In this document: positions 1-10,030 of the stretch, piece by piece
Layout of the letters: each line of letters opens with the position of its first letter
Numbering within the stretch: the stretch's first letter is position 1
NCBI GenBank assembly: GCA_023150835.1
Contig: JAKLKB010000058.1
Coordinates: forward strand, 1-57,205
Length of the DNA stretch: 57,205 nucleotides
Source of the DNA: Myxococcota bacterium
Lineage (GTDB): Bacteria > Myxococcota_C > UBA6777
Direction of reading: 5' to 3'
Made by a program: the position numbers and the translations under genes
Notes under the pieces: model-generated
Seen by the model: the letters and a program-made list of their open reading frames with translations, nothing else
Databases searched by the model: none
What the model was told of the DNA's origin: nothing

Positions 1-834
1 CCCCACCCCACAGTCCCTCCCCCGCAAATGGCCATGCCTCTCGGAGCAAACATCTCCCCGATCCTCCACACAAACACCGTCGAATACACCCCACCCCTCG
101 CCGATCTCGCATCGCTCAACCCCACCCCCAATGAATCCCCCACTTCGTCCGATCTTACCGCACCCGCCACACTCGCGATCACCGACACTTCCAACACCTC
201 CAACACCTCCAACACCTCCGACACTTCCGATACTTCCGACACTTCCGATGCTTCCGACACTTCCGATGCTTCCGACACCTCCGATGCTTCCGACACTTCC
301 AATTCCTCCGAACCATCGAACTCTTCCACCGAATCCGGAACATCGGAACTATCCGATACCTCCACCGCATCAACTCTGACCAAAACGTCTAAAATGCTGG
401 TTCCCACGGAAACTTCAAGCGTCCTTCCTTTGGCAGCACTTACAGTAACGGAGCAAGTGCCGCTCGCGTCCGCCTCCACCAACTCCATTCCGCCCGCAAC
501 AACGGGGCAAACGGAGATCATTGCGCCGATATCCAAAGCCCCCTCGCTACTTTTTCATCACACGGTTTCTGAATCCCAAGACTCCGACGAAGTGCTGTCA
601 TCTTGGACTTTTCCTCCGAAGCAACTCACGGTGAGAGATACTTTTATCGATCCCGACTTCCCCTATTTTCCGTACGAATCGAATATAACCGAACCGCGTT
701 TTCTTGTGCGCTCTTTTTTGTGGGGCGCTTTGACGGGATGTGTCTTGCTTTTTGCCGTGTATCTCTGGGCTTCCTACCGCACTGTATCCCCGCCCCCCTC
801 CACTTCTCGACCAACGTTGCAGGTGAAACCATAG
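1..834 (+). CDS. 3' part of a membrane-anchored protein with a Ser/Thr/Pro-rich low-complexity linker; N-terminus outside the window
   Basis: Frame is open from base 1; S-D/N-T tripeptide (9-bp) repeats at ~182-300; one hydrophobic helix (SFLWGALTGCVLLFAVYLWA) near the C-terminus. Confidence 0.6.
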   Translation, partial: PHPTVPPPQMAMPLGANISPILHTNTVEYTPPLADLASLNPTPNESPTSSDLTAPATLAITDTSNTSNTSNTSDTSDTSDTSDASDTSDASDTSDASDTSNSSEPSNSSTESGTSELSDTSTASTLTKTSKMLVPTETSSVLPLAALTVTEQVPLASASTNSIPPATTGQTEIIAPISKAPSLLFHHTVSESQDSDEVLSSWTFPPKQLTVRDTFIDPDFPYFPYESNITEPRFLVRSFLWGALTGCVLLFAVYLWASYRTVSPPPSTSRPTLQVKP

Positions 835-848
835 TGCCTGTCGCTTCG

Positions 849-1060
849 TAAAAACCCCGTGCTCGCGCCACCTGAGATTGTCGCTGCGTGACCCCCCCGT
901 GTTCGCGCCCCCCCAAGCGGCGCAGTTGTTGGTTTGAAAAACATCTGCTCTCCCCGCCAATACGGGGTCAAGGGGGCCGCGCTCCCTTGCGGGGTGTGGT
1001 ACCTCGCCCCACAAAAATAACCCCCACAAAAATAACCCCCACAAAAACGCCTCCCACAAA
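849..1060. repeat. Dispersed palindromic repeat family M copy, followed by a 15-bp tandem repeat (ccccacaaaaataac, ~3x)
   Basis: Core cggggtcaagggggccgcgctcccttgcggggtgtgg and ccgtgttcgcg recur at about ten intergenic sites in the window. Confidence 0.85.
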
Positions 1061-1076
1061 ACAAGCCCGAACGGCA

Positions 1077-2129
1077 TCAAAACGAGGGTAGGTCATCCAC
1101 AGACAAAGCGCGCAAACGGGCGGCGGCTTGTTCGGCGGTGATATCGCGTTGGGATTCGCCGAGCATCTCATAACCAACCATAAACTTTTTTACCGTCGCG
1201 GAGCGCAACAACGGAGGATAAAAGTGCGCATGAAGCAGCCAATGTTCGGCATCCTGTTCGGTCGAAGGCGCGCCATGCCAGCCCATCGAATAGGGAAAGG
1301 ACACACCAAACAGCCGATCATAGCGCGTCAAAAAGCGTTTAAGGATCTGTGCGAGAGTGTGGCGTTCTTCGTGACTGACCTCGTGGAGATGCCGAATCCC
1401 CGAGCGCTTGGGCAGTAGCAATGTTTCAAACGGCCATATCGCCCAAAAAGGCACGACCACCAACCAGTCGTCATTTTCTTCGACGATGCGCTCTTGGGCC
1501 TCGACTTCGCGCTGTACGACATCTTCGAGCAAAACGCGCCTGTGGCGTTGCCAATAGCTGTATTGTTGGGAGTCTTCGATCGCGGCCTCGTTGGGCAAAA
1601 AGTCGCTCGCCCAGATCTGCCCGTGAGGATGGGGGTTTGAACAGCCCATCACCTCGCCCTTATTCTCGAAGATCTGCACCCACGCATAACGCGCTGAAAG
1701 CTCGATGTATTGGTCTTGCCAGAGCGCAACAACCTTTTCGATGGCGTCCACTTCCATCTCGGGCAGAGTCAGATCGTGGCGTGGCGAAAAGCAGATCACG
1801 CGGCACTCTCCGCGTGCAGGCATGATCTGAAACAGCGGATCTTCGCCGTGTTCGGGATCGGAGCTTGGTGTGTCGGGCAACAAAGCCGCAAAGTCGTTGG
1901 TAAACACAAAAGTGTCCTGATAAGGCGGGTTTTGCAAACCTCCTGCACGCGCATTACCCGGGCAGAGATAACAATGCGGATCATGGGCAGGGCGTTTCGC
2001 CGTCGAAGGTGCTTCTTGCGCCCCTTGCCACGGTCGTTTTGTGCGATGCGGCGAAACCAACACCCACTCCCCACGCAGCGGATTGTAGCGACGATGTGGA
2101 TGATCTTCGGCTCGAAATGACGTGATCAT
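1077..2129 (-). CDS. galT: Galactose-1-phosphate uridylyltransferase
   Basis: [26 protein letters not shown]-terminus, CYLCPGN, catalytic [11 protein letters not shown] at 2129 overlaps the galK stop (ATGA), with AAGGAGG upstream. Confidence 0.97.
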   Translation of the reverse strand: MITSFRAEDHPHRRYNPLRGEWVLVSPHRTKRPWQGAQEAPSTAKRPAHDPHCYLCPGNARAGGLQNPPYQDTFVFTNDFAALLPDTPSSDPEHGEDPLFQIMPARGECRVICFSPRHDLTLPEMEVDAIEKVVALWQDQYIELSARYAWVQIFENKGEVMGCSNPHPHGQIWASDFLPNEAAIEDSQQYSYWQRHRRVLLEDVVQREVEAQERIVEENDDWLVVVPFWAIWPFETLLLPKRSGIRHLHEVSHEERHTLAQILKRFLTRYDRLFGVSFPYSMGWHGAPSTEQDAEHWLLHAHFYPPLLRSATVKKFMVGYEMLGESQRDITAEQAAARLRALSVDDLPSF

Positions 2130-3370
2130 GCGCCCTCCTTTTGTGGCATCACAGAATGGTTCTTCTCGATCTCCAACGCTCCCGGGCCGATCTGAGCAGG
2201 CAAGAACGCAGGCGACCAACCGAACGCCGCTGTGTACGCCTCTCCAACTTCCGCACAGTAGGCCCCAACACGCTCTTGTTCGACTACTGCCAACATACAG
2301 CCGCCCGAACCATCACCCCCTGTCATCCGTGCGCCGACGCATCCCGAAAAGGCTTGGCTGTGTTGCACCAAAAAGTCGATCTGTGGACCCGAAACCTCGT
2401 AATCTTCGGCCAACGAACGATGCCCCGCATTTAAGACCTGTCCAAATCCCACCAGATCTCCCGATGCAAGGGCTTTTGCTGCGGCCTCTACCCGCTGCGG
2501 CTCCGTCAACAAATGCCGCGCACGCTTTTGTAAGATCGGCTCCGAAAACAACGCCAACGCCGCGTCCAATTTCTCAGCAGGCAGCTTGCACAAGACCGCC
2601 TCCCCAAACGCTGCACCCACCCGCTTGGCGATGGCATCGGCTTCTGCACGGCGCTCATTGTACACCGAAGAGGCCAACGTCCGCGACTTGCGCGAATCTA
2701 CGATCATCAGCGTATGCGTCTCAAACGGCAGCGGTACATAACGGATATCCAACGTCTCACAATCCATTAACATCCCATGCCCCGCCCGACCCAACGCCAC
2801 CGAAGCTTGATCCATCACCCCACAATTCACCCGATTGAAGGTGTTTTCCGCATATTGTGTCAAACGCGCCATCTCCTTACGTGCTTCCATCGGATCCTCT
2901 GCCAACGAATACCCCGAAAAAGCCTCGATGATCAACGCCGTACACACTTCCATCGACGCTGAACTCGACAACCCTCCCCCCGGGATATCCCCGTGATAAA
3001 AGATCTCCAACGGCGGGATCTTTGCCCCTCGCGTCAAATACTCCGAAAACACACCCTTCGGATAATTCGCCCAGTCGTCCTCTTCTCGATACGCCAACGC
3101 CGCATCCAACGGAAAGCGCACGATCCGATCGAATCGCGTTGAACGCACCGCAACCCCTTCTTCTCGACCGATCCGCGCCGCAGCATACGTCCCCACATGC
3201 AAGGTCGCTGGAAACACCAACCCTCCGCAATAATCGATATGCTCTCCGATCAAATTCACCCGCCCGGGCGCAAAAAACCAGCGTACACCCTCCTCGCTCT
3301 CCCCAAACCATGCCTCTAGCTTGTCTTCCAACAGCGCACACATCTCCCGATAACCCTGCATCAACGACAT
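2126..3370 (-). CDS. galK: Galactokinase
   Basis: [34 protein letters not shown] and GARMTGG GHMP/galactokinase motifs; coupled to galT. Confidence 0.95.
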   Translation of the reverse strand: MSLMQGYREMCALLEDKLEAWFGESEEGVRWFFAPGRVNLIGEHIDYCGGLVFPATLHVGTYAAARIGREEGVAVRSTRFDRIVRFPLDAALAYREEDDWANYPKGVFSEYLTRGAKIPPLEIFYHGDIPGGGLSSSASMEVCTALIIEAFSGYSLAEDPMEARKEMARLTQYAENTFNRVNCGVMDQASVALGRAGHGMLMDCETLDIRYVPLPFETHTLMIVDSRKSRTLASSVYNERRAEADAIAKRVGAAFGEAVLCKLPAEKLDAALALFSEPILQKRARHLLTEPQRVEAAAKALASGDLVGFGQVLNAGHRSLAEDYEVSGPQIDFLVQHSQAFSGCVGARMTGGDGSGGCMLAVVEQERVGAYCAEVGEAYTAAFGWSPAFLPAQIGPGALEIEKNHSVMPQKEGA

Positions 3371-3399
3371 CTCACCCTCTCTTTAATCTTCTTGTAGGA

Positions 3400-3682
3400 T
3401 AGGACTTACGCAGTTCGCTCGTTTTGGTGGGGCTTTACCCCACGCCCCACAAGGGACTGTCGCCCCTTGACCCCGAAAGGGGCGAAACGATCAATGTTTT
3501 TCAAATCAGCAACCCTCTCACTTGAAGTGCCGCGAACACGGCTTTTTTGGCAACTGCGTCATACAAAATCCGCAGGGCGCACGATCGCAAAACGTAGGGG
3601 CAGCCCCCTGTGGCTGCCCAAGAATCGGGCGTCTACGTACTCTCCTTTGTGTACGCATCACTCGGATATCGTATAAGTCCTA
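3400..3682. mobile_element. Composite MITE-like element: module M (reverse) plus REP-containing module R, bounded by taggactta/taagtccta inverted ends
   Basis: taggacttacgcagtt at 3400, aactgcgt at ~3552, REP gtaggggcagccccctgtggctgccc at ~3594, gtataagtccta at 3671-3682; a second composite copy lies at 21183-21473. Confidence 0.7.
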
Positions 3683-3840
3683 TTCCACGATAAGCACGGC
3701 TTTTTTACAACGACTCCCTCCTCAACGAGAAGATCTTTTGCACTCGAATCAACACCTCAAGAACGCGCATGCTACTTGCCTTTTGAACCTCGGTCAAGCC
3801 AAGATACTCCCCAAGCACCCACCCCAACGGAGGAAGCCCT

Positions 3841-5910
3841 ATGTCTGCTTTTTCACATGGAACCTTGCGCTTTCACCAAGACGGTATCGCCCACAGCCTC
3901 GACTTGATCGTCGGAAAGCCCACCACCTACAACGATATCCAAGTCGAATGGATACTTTCTCCTCATCCCCACGGCTCACAACTGCGGATGAGCCTCGATT
4001 GCCCACAGCCCGTCGTGATCGAATCTTTGACACTTGAAACCGCCTTTACCTTCGACCCTCAAGAACACATCCTGATCAACGCTTTCCAATCGTGGTCTAG
4101 CGCAGGCGAATATCGCCTCCACGACACGCGTTCCCCTTTGCACGTCGGAGAAGACGCCACCGATTGGTACGAACTGCTCAAAAACTACGGAGATTACAGC
4201 TTTTTCAACTACGATACACGCCCCGGTCATTTTCACAGCTACACTTACCTGATGTTTCGCAAAGGAACCCGCACTCCCCAACTCTTCGGCTCGATCGACG
4301 AAGATCAAGGCTACACGATCTTTACCACCCATCCGTCCACAGGACATCTGCGCGTCCAAAAAGATTGGCAAGGACTCCATCTCGTCGGTCAAACCACGCC
4401 CTTTGCCCTCTGGTTCGGACAAGGTGACGAACAAGCCCTGTTCACCGACTACACCGCCGCGTTCCGCCATAAAAGTCCCGATTATCCGCCGCTTTCAGGT
4501 TGGACCAGTTGGTATCATTATTATACCGACATCAGCGAAGCCACTATCCTACAAAACCTCCACACCTTCCAAGAGCAACAGATCCCCACCGATATCTTTC
4601 AAATCGACGACGGCTATCAATGGGCCATCGGCGACTGGTTGCGCACGCTTCCTGATCGCTTTCCCAACGGCATGAAGCCCATCGCAGAGGCCATCCATCA
4701 GGCCGGATATAAGGCGGGATTGTGGTTGGCTCCTTTCATCTGTGAGCAAAAGTCTTCTCTCCCTCAAGAGCATCCCTCGTGGATCTTGCGCGATGAACAC
4801 GGAAACCCCCGTGTGGTCGGAAACAATCCCTTTTACTGGAGCGGCGAATTCTACGCCCTCGATATCTATCATCCCGAAGTTCAAGCCTATCTCCAACAAG
4901 TCTTTGCCACCATCCTCGAAGATTGGGGCTTTGATATGGTCAAGCTCGACTTCTTGTATGGAGCCGCACTGTGGCCGCCTTCCCACAAAAGCCGAGGCAT
5001 GGTCATGAGCGATGGCATGGCCTTGTTGCGGCGCTGGTGCAAAGATCGCTTGATCCTCGGTTGTGGTGTCCCTCTAGGCGCAGCATGGGGCCGCGTGGAC
5101 TTTTGCCGCATCGGAAGCGACGTCGGCCTCGGATGGGAAGACGAATACCTCTCTCAGATCCTTTACCAAGAGCGCGTATCCACCGTCAATTCACTCAACA
5201 GCACCCTCGCTCGCCGCCACCTCAACCACCGCGCCTTCCTCAATGACCCCGATGTCTACTTTCTCCGCGACCAAAACCTCTCCATGAACGACCACCAAAA
5301 ACACTCCCTCTTCCTCGCAAACCAGATCTTCGGAAGCCTGCTCTTTACTTCCGATCCCATCGGCGAATACAACGACGCACAACGCGCTCTCTACCTCTCC
5401 CAATTCCCTGTCCTCCCCAAAACCCTCGAAGACTTCTTCTGGGATGGCCCTCTCCGCCTCGCCACCTTCCGCATCCAAGACCTCCGCTACACCGTCGCCA
5501 TGAACCTCCACGCACAACCCAGCACAATCGCGATCTCCCCCGGCCTTTATTACGAGCGCAACCTCGGATGGCTCGACCTCCGCGATCACACCACCCTCTC
5601 CCTCGCACCCCACCAAAGCCGCTGCCTCCTTCACGTCTCCACCGAACCTTGGACCCTGATCGGTGGCGATGCTCACCTCTTCCCTTGTTCCGAAGTCTCC
5701 GCACTTTCCATCCAACAACACAACCTCACCCTCCTTCTTCACCCCCACACCCGCCGCCAAGGCACCCTCTTTCTTTCCGTCCCACCCGATAGCCCGCCCC
5801 TACACGTCGATCGCCAAACCTACACCCCACAACACGCACACGGCCTGTCTTTCCTCGCCATCCCCACCTCCCGGCTCTTCGGCCTCCACACTCCATCCCC
5901 ACATCCCTGA
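3841..5910 (+). CDS. Alpha-galactosidase (GH36/melibiase family)
   Basis: GWTSWYHYY, FQIDDGYQ, RFPNGMK, GLWLAPF, nucleophile motif VKLDF, RIGSDV, NDPD; divergent from galKT. Confidence 0.9.
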   Translation: MSAFSHGTLRFHQDGIAHSLDLIVGKPTTYNDIQVEWILSPHPHGSQLRMSLDCPQPVVIESLTLETAFTFDPQEHILINAFQSWSSAGEYRLHDTRSPLHVGEDATDWYELLKNYGDYSFFNYDTRPGHFHSYTYLMFRKGTRTPQLFGSIDEDQGYTIFTTHPSTGHLRVQKDWQGLHLVGQTTPFALWFGQGDEQALFTDYTAAFRHKSPDYPPLSGWTSWYHYYTDISEATILQNLHTFQEQQIPTDIFQIDDGYQWAIGDWLRTLPDRFPNGMKPIAEAIHQAGYKAGLWLAPFICEQKSSLPQEHPSWILRDEHGNPRVVGNNPFYWSGEFYALDIYHPEVQAYLQQVFATILEDWGFDMVKLDFLYGAALWPPSHKSRGMVMSDGMALLRRWCKDRLILGCGVPLGAAWGRVDFCRIGSDVGLGWEDEYLSQILYQERVSTVNSLNSTLARRHLNHRAFLNDPDVYFLRDQNLSMNDHQKHSLFLANQIFGSLLFTSDPIGEYNDAQRALYLSQFPVLPKTLEDFFWDGPLRLATFRIQDLRYTVAMNLHAQPSTIAISPGLYYERNLGWLDLRDHTTLSLAPHQSRCLLHVSTEPWTLIGGDAHLFPCSEVSALSIQQHNLTLLLHPHTRRQGTLFLSVPPDSPPLHVDRQTYTPQHAHGLSFLAIPTSRLFGLHTPSPHP

Positions 5911-5914
5911 TCTC

Positions 5915-6322
5915 TTTTTTCGGGCTTGTTCTTTGGTTTTTTCGGGCTTGTTCTTTGGTTTTTGTGAGATGGACTTCTTTGGTTTTTGTGAGATGGACTT
6001 CTTTGGTTTTTGTGGGGTTCCACCCCACACCCCGCAAGGGAGCGCGGCTCCCTTGACCCCGTATCAGCGGAGTGATCAGTCGTTTTTCAAACCCACAACA
6101 GCGCCGCTTGAAACGACACGAACACGGGGGTTTTTGTCAGGTTCGACGAGGCTCGGTGGAGCTCGGTGGGATTCGGTGGGATTCGATGGGATTCTTCCCC
6201 GCGCTCCGCCATAGACTGTCGCCCCTTGACCCCGTACAGGCGGAAGAAACAGCGTTTTTTCAAACAAACAGCGGTTTCGCTTGAAACGACGTGGAAACGG
6301 GGGTTTTTGTCAACTGCGCCAC
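5915..6322. repeat. Short tandem repeats (22-bp x2, 24-bp x2) and two tandem family M copies (reverse) separated by a 10-bp x4 repeat
   Basis: cgggcttgttctttggtt and gagatggacttctttggtttttgt duplications; cccttgaccccgta cores at ~6050 and ~6224; ggattcggtg-type repeats at 6150-6195. Confidence 0.85.
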
Positions 6323-6583
6323 TACGCTTCTTTTGAATTTCCTTGACTTTTCCGCACGGGAGCAAAGCTCCGTATGCGCCCCAATCTCCCCCACCGCAAA
6401 GAATCTCTCACCGCAACGCTACAGGGAGAGACGCGACTTCGGCCCCTAAAAAAATCTTTCGCGCTAAATCAAACGACTTCACCCTCGCTGCACAGATCTG
6501 CTATAAAGCGTGAAAGCCAGAAAGGAAGTCTCCAACGAAGGGCGGAGATGATCGAATGCCACGCTTTCGCCACAGGTATTATC

Positions 6584-7144
6584 ATGGAATCCAAGCAACT
6601 CAGCCGACATTTGTCGTTAGACGATTTTTGTACCTGTACACAAACATACCAACGTTTTCAAAACAGGCTGAACCCTTACCCGACCTCCGAAGATAGCGTC
6701 GTAGCACTCCAAGAGCTTGCGGTGTATCTTCTTGATCCGATCATAGATCATTTTTCACGCGACTGCTTCGCTCTCACGTACGGGTTTTGTTCAAAAGATT
6801 TGAAAAAGCACATCGAAAAAGATCCCTTTACAGGCGAGCGCAACGGTCGCATATCCCCTGAACTCGATCAGCACATGGCCGCAGAGCGAACCAAGAACGG
6901 CAAATTTTATTGCAAGAGGCGCGGAGCAGCTTGTGATTTTTGTGTGAAGGGAACAGACAGCCGCTTGGTGGTGGACTGGATTCTTGAAAACGAGTTACCG
7001 TTTGATCGGCTGTACTTTTACGGTGATGCTCGCCCAATCCACCTGAGTCACGGCCCTGAGCAAAGCCATTATCTGTGTATCTTCGGAGAGCAAGGGCAGC
7101 CCAAGAAGCTTTCAAAAGCGCAGTGGTTTGCGCGTTCTTGGTGA
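6584..7144 (+). CDS. Peptidase M15/Hedgehog-DD-peptidase-fold-like protein associated with the phosphorothioation methyltransferase
   Basis: LTYGFCS...DQH...GAACDF...FDRLYFYG..RPIHLS resembles the M15A H..D..H zinc triad. Start uncertain (ATG 6548 or 6584); the longer 6374 extension looks non-coding. Confidence 0.6.
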   Translation: MESKQLSRHLSLDDFCTCTQTYQRFQNRLNPYPTSEDSVVALQELAVYLLDPIIDHFSRDCFALTYGFCSKDLKKHIEKDPFTGERNGRISPELDQHMAAERTKNGKFYCKRRGAACDFCVKGTDSRLVVDWILENELPFDRLYFYGDARPIHLSHGPEQSHYLCIFGEQGQPKKLSKAQWFARSW

Positions 7145-7184
7145 TGTTTTTTCACAAGCATTCCACGAACAGGATCATTTCAGA

Positions 7185-9224
7185 ATGGAAAAAAAAGAAT
7201 ACATCTCACTAGTTGAAGGGCTACTCGTGGGGAAGCGGGTAAGGGGGGCTGTTTATATGCACCGTGATGCCTTGAGCGAGGCATCCGCTTCTTTGCAAGA
7301 TTTCCTTTGGACGCTCGCGAAACGCTGCTTGAAGCATGAGTCATGGAGCGTCGTCAGGTTAGGTACGTCGGATCACAGCGTCTCTTTCTTGGATTACCCT
7401 CGTTTTTTCGAGGACGCCTTTCCTTCCTTGCTCTACAGCACGAAGATTGAATTGGGCAGCCTGTCTGTTTCAGAAAGAGATTACAGCGCATCAGAAAATC
7501 CTTTTATTTTGCATCGAAAAGAAACTATGTTGCCCTCAACACACCACGCGTACCAACAAGCCAAGGAGAACACCGATGTTGCTGAGAATCACGGATGTTT
7601 CGAGGAAACCGCAAAGATTGGGCGGCAAAACGCTTGGCTGCAAATACTTCAAAAAAAAGGATTAGAAGTACGAGGAGATCGCATCGTGCTTTCCGCGCAA
7701 GCAGTATCGCCTTTGGGTAGCGAACCTGTATTGGTTGATCGGCACAAAACTGCGATCAAGCGCTCAAACCTGTCCCGTCCAATGCAACTTTTAGAAAAAT
7801 TTGGCTTATTAAAAGGCGAACACGCAGTATTCGACTACGGTTGCGGGCAAGGGGACGATCTGCAAGTTCTCGCATTGAACGGTATAAACGCGGCTGGTTG
7901 GGACCCTGTGTATCAGCCTCTTGCAACAAAGCAGCCCTCTGACATTGTGAATTTGGGCTTTGTACTGAACGTGATCGAAAATCCCCAAGAACGCAAGCAA
8001 GCCTTGTTGGATGCGTACAGTTTGAGCCAACGCTTGTTTGTTGTATCCGTCATGTTGGGTAAGAACGAAGAAACCGAAACCCAACGCCGCTATCGCGACG
8101 GCGTCCTCACCTCCCGCAACACATTCCAAAAGTATTATAGTCAAGATGAATTTCGACAGTATTTATCTCTTCACTTGGAGGAGGAACCCATCGCGGCAGG
8201 GCCGGGAATCTTTTTTATCTTCAAGGACAAACTGCTCGAACAAGATATCCTTCTCCTCAAACAAAGAGGCCACTCGCAAACTTCGATATTACGAAGGCCA
8301 ACGCAAGCGTTACCATCGAAGAGGCGAGACGTTCTCATCCACGCGAACAAAGAACTTCTTCAAGACTTTTGGCAACACTGCGTCTCTTTCGGAAGGTTAC
8401 CTTTCGAGGACGAGTTCGCGCATAGCGATATTTTGAAAAAGAAATTTTCATCCTTTCGCAAAGCGCATCAAATCTGTTCCGAGCTTTACGATCCTGTTGA
8501 ATTTGAAGAGGGCACAGAATTAAGGAAAAGTGATTTATTAGTGTTTTCTGCGATCAACCTTATACTCCGAAGAAAGCCGTACAAAACATTGTCGCAACGC
8601 GCTCAAAGGGATGTGAAAGCCTTTTTCTCCACGACGAAAGAACTCGCTTGTGAAGCAGAAGCCTTGTTGCACTCCTTAGCAGACACAAGCGTGCTAGAAG
8701 AGCAATGTGGCGAAGCGTACAGAACTTTTCAAATCGGCTTTTTAGAAGAACACAAAACTTACACTTTCCCACGCGATCTTCTGGAATTACTTGAACCTGT
8801 TCTACGTATCTATGTAGGGTGCGCGGCGTATCGTTACGGTGATTTGGAGATGATCGACTTGATCAAGATTCATTTTCACAGCCGCAAAGTGTCCTTCATG
8901 CGCTACGATGATTTCCACACAAAAGCGATCCCGCTCTTACAAGAACGGATCAAAGTGAACCTGCGCACTTTGGAAACAGATATTTTTACGCACGGAGAAC
9001 TCTTTCCCCCATCCCCACTCTATCATCGATCGATGTACTTGACCCCAGAGCACCCGCAATTCGAGGCTCAAAAAGCATTTGAATTCCGTTTGTCTGAGAT
9101 CATACCCATCGAAGGGTATGGTCCGTCTTGGCGATCTTTACAAGACGAACTTTGCGAAAAAGGGTACAAGATAGAGGGTCTTGAAATAAAAAAATTACGC
9201 TCCAAAAAGAAGCCTCAAATGTGA
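7185..9224 (+). CDS. DNA phosphorothioation-associated putative SAM methyltransferase (TIGR04096-like)
   Basis: RHKTAIKRSNLSRP, SAM motif FDYGCGQGDD, GWDP, VNLGFVLNVIE..ER, TFQKYYSQ; adjacent to phosphorothioation genes. Confidence 0.85.
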   Translation: MEKKEYISLVEGLLVGKRVRGAVYMHRDALSEASASLQDFLWTLAKRCLKHESWSVVRLGTSDHSVSFLDYPRFFEDAFPSLLYSTKIELGSLSVSERDYSASENPFILHRKETMLPSTHHAYQQAKENTDVAENHGCFEETAKIGRQNAWLQILQKKGLEVRGDRIVLSAQAVSPLGSEPVLVDRHKTAIKRSNLSRPMQLLEKFGLLKGEHAVFDYGCGQGDDLQVLALNGINAAGWDPVYQPLATKQPSDIVNLGFVLNVIENPQERKQALLDAYSLSQRLFVVSVMLGKNEETETQRRYRDGVLTSRNTFQKYYSQDEFRQYLSLHLEEEPIAAGPGIFFIFKDKLLEQDILLLKQRGHSQTSILRRPTQALPSKRRDVLIHANKELLQDFWQHCVSFGRLPFEDEFAHSDILKKKFSSFRKAHQICSELYDPVEFEEGTELRKSDLLVFSAINLILRRKPYKTLSQRAQRDVKAFFSTTKELACEAEALLHSLADTSVLEEQCGEAYRTFQIGFLEEHKTYTFPRDLLELLEPVLRIYVGCAAYRYGDLEMIDLIKIHFHSRKVSFMRYDDFHTKAIPLLQERIKVNLRTLETDIFTHGELFPPSPLYHRSMYLTPEHPQFEAQKAFEFRLSEIIPIEGYGPSWRSLQDELCEKGYKIEGLEIKKLRSKKKPQM

Positions 9225-10030
9225 CAAATCGCGCAACCTTCGGCTTCTTCGTCTTTGGGGATGGTTTCTCTGCGTGGCATACGCTCAAGTTCTTCAAGAG
9301 GGCGTCCATCCACCCAAGTGAAACGCTTGCCATTTTTTTTCGTTTCGTATTTTTTGGCCTGCTCAAAAAGATCGGGGTGGTTTTCTTTGAGTCCTTGCCA
9401 CTCTCCAAGTTGTTGATAAAAGCAAAAATAGCAACCCGAACGAGAGCGCCACTTATAGTACTCTGGTAAACCAAGCCCAGAACTCTCCAACAGGTTTTTT
9501 ATGTCTTCAAGGCCCATGTTGTCGTCTTTGAAAGGGTACACTGGAACGATATTCGGGCGTTGGCTCAGCACAGGCGGTTTTTTTTGAGAAACGTAGCCTT
9601 CCCGATTTTCATCAGCACGAATACCGATATAACTAAAAGCGTACGTTTCGCCAACGTAATCTTCAAAAGGCTTGATCTTCAAGACTTTTGTACACCATCT
9701 CATACGCGGACTCGGAAGAAAGCCCCCATACATCTCTTGCAGCCAAACATCAAATGGATTGCGCCCCGGCTTTTGCTTGATTTTTAATGTATCAAGAGCA
9801 TTCACTCTCTTGATCTGAATGCCCAACAACGTTTCTAGCTTTTCCAAATACTCGTACGTTTCAGGAAGTTCGCAACCTGTATCACAAAACACATACTCCG
9901 CAGGGATCTGCGGATAGTTCATCCGTATGTGCAAAGCGAGAGCAGCAGAGTCTTTACCGCCCGAGATCGAAACGATGTGGCGCATCGTAGGATCCGAGAT
10001 ACTTTCAAGCGCTTCTTTCATCGTCGCCAT
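9215..10030 (-). CDS. sspD: PAPS-reductase/ATP-pyrophosphatase family phosphorothioation protein
   Basis: PP-loop SGGKDS, RWCT..LKIKPF, GIRADE, RSGCYFCFYQ, C-terminal CAICH; last gene of the DUF4007/ATPase/desulfurase operon. Confidence 0.88.
   Translation of the reverse strand: MATMKEALESISDPTMRHIVSISGGKDSAALALHIRMNYPQIPAEYVFCDTGCELPETYEYLEKLETLLGIQIKRVNALDTLKIKQKPGRNPFDVWLQEMYGGFLPSPRMRWCTKVLKIKPFEDYVGETYAFSYIGIRADENREGYVSQKKPPVLSQRPNIVPVYPFKDDNMGLEDIKNLLESSGLGLPEYYKWRSRSGCYFCFYQQLGEWQGLKENHPDLFEQAKKYETKKNGKRFTWVDGRPLEELERMPRRETIPKDEEAEGCAICHI

Noticed and set aside
6374-6547. N-terminal extension of the M15-like ORF
   Set aside because: Not protein-like and lies in the probable promoter region; downstream ATGs fit better
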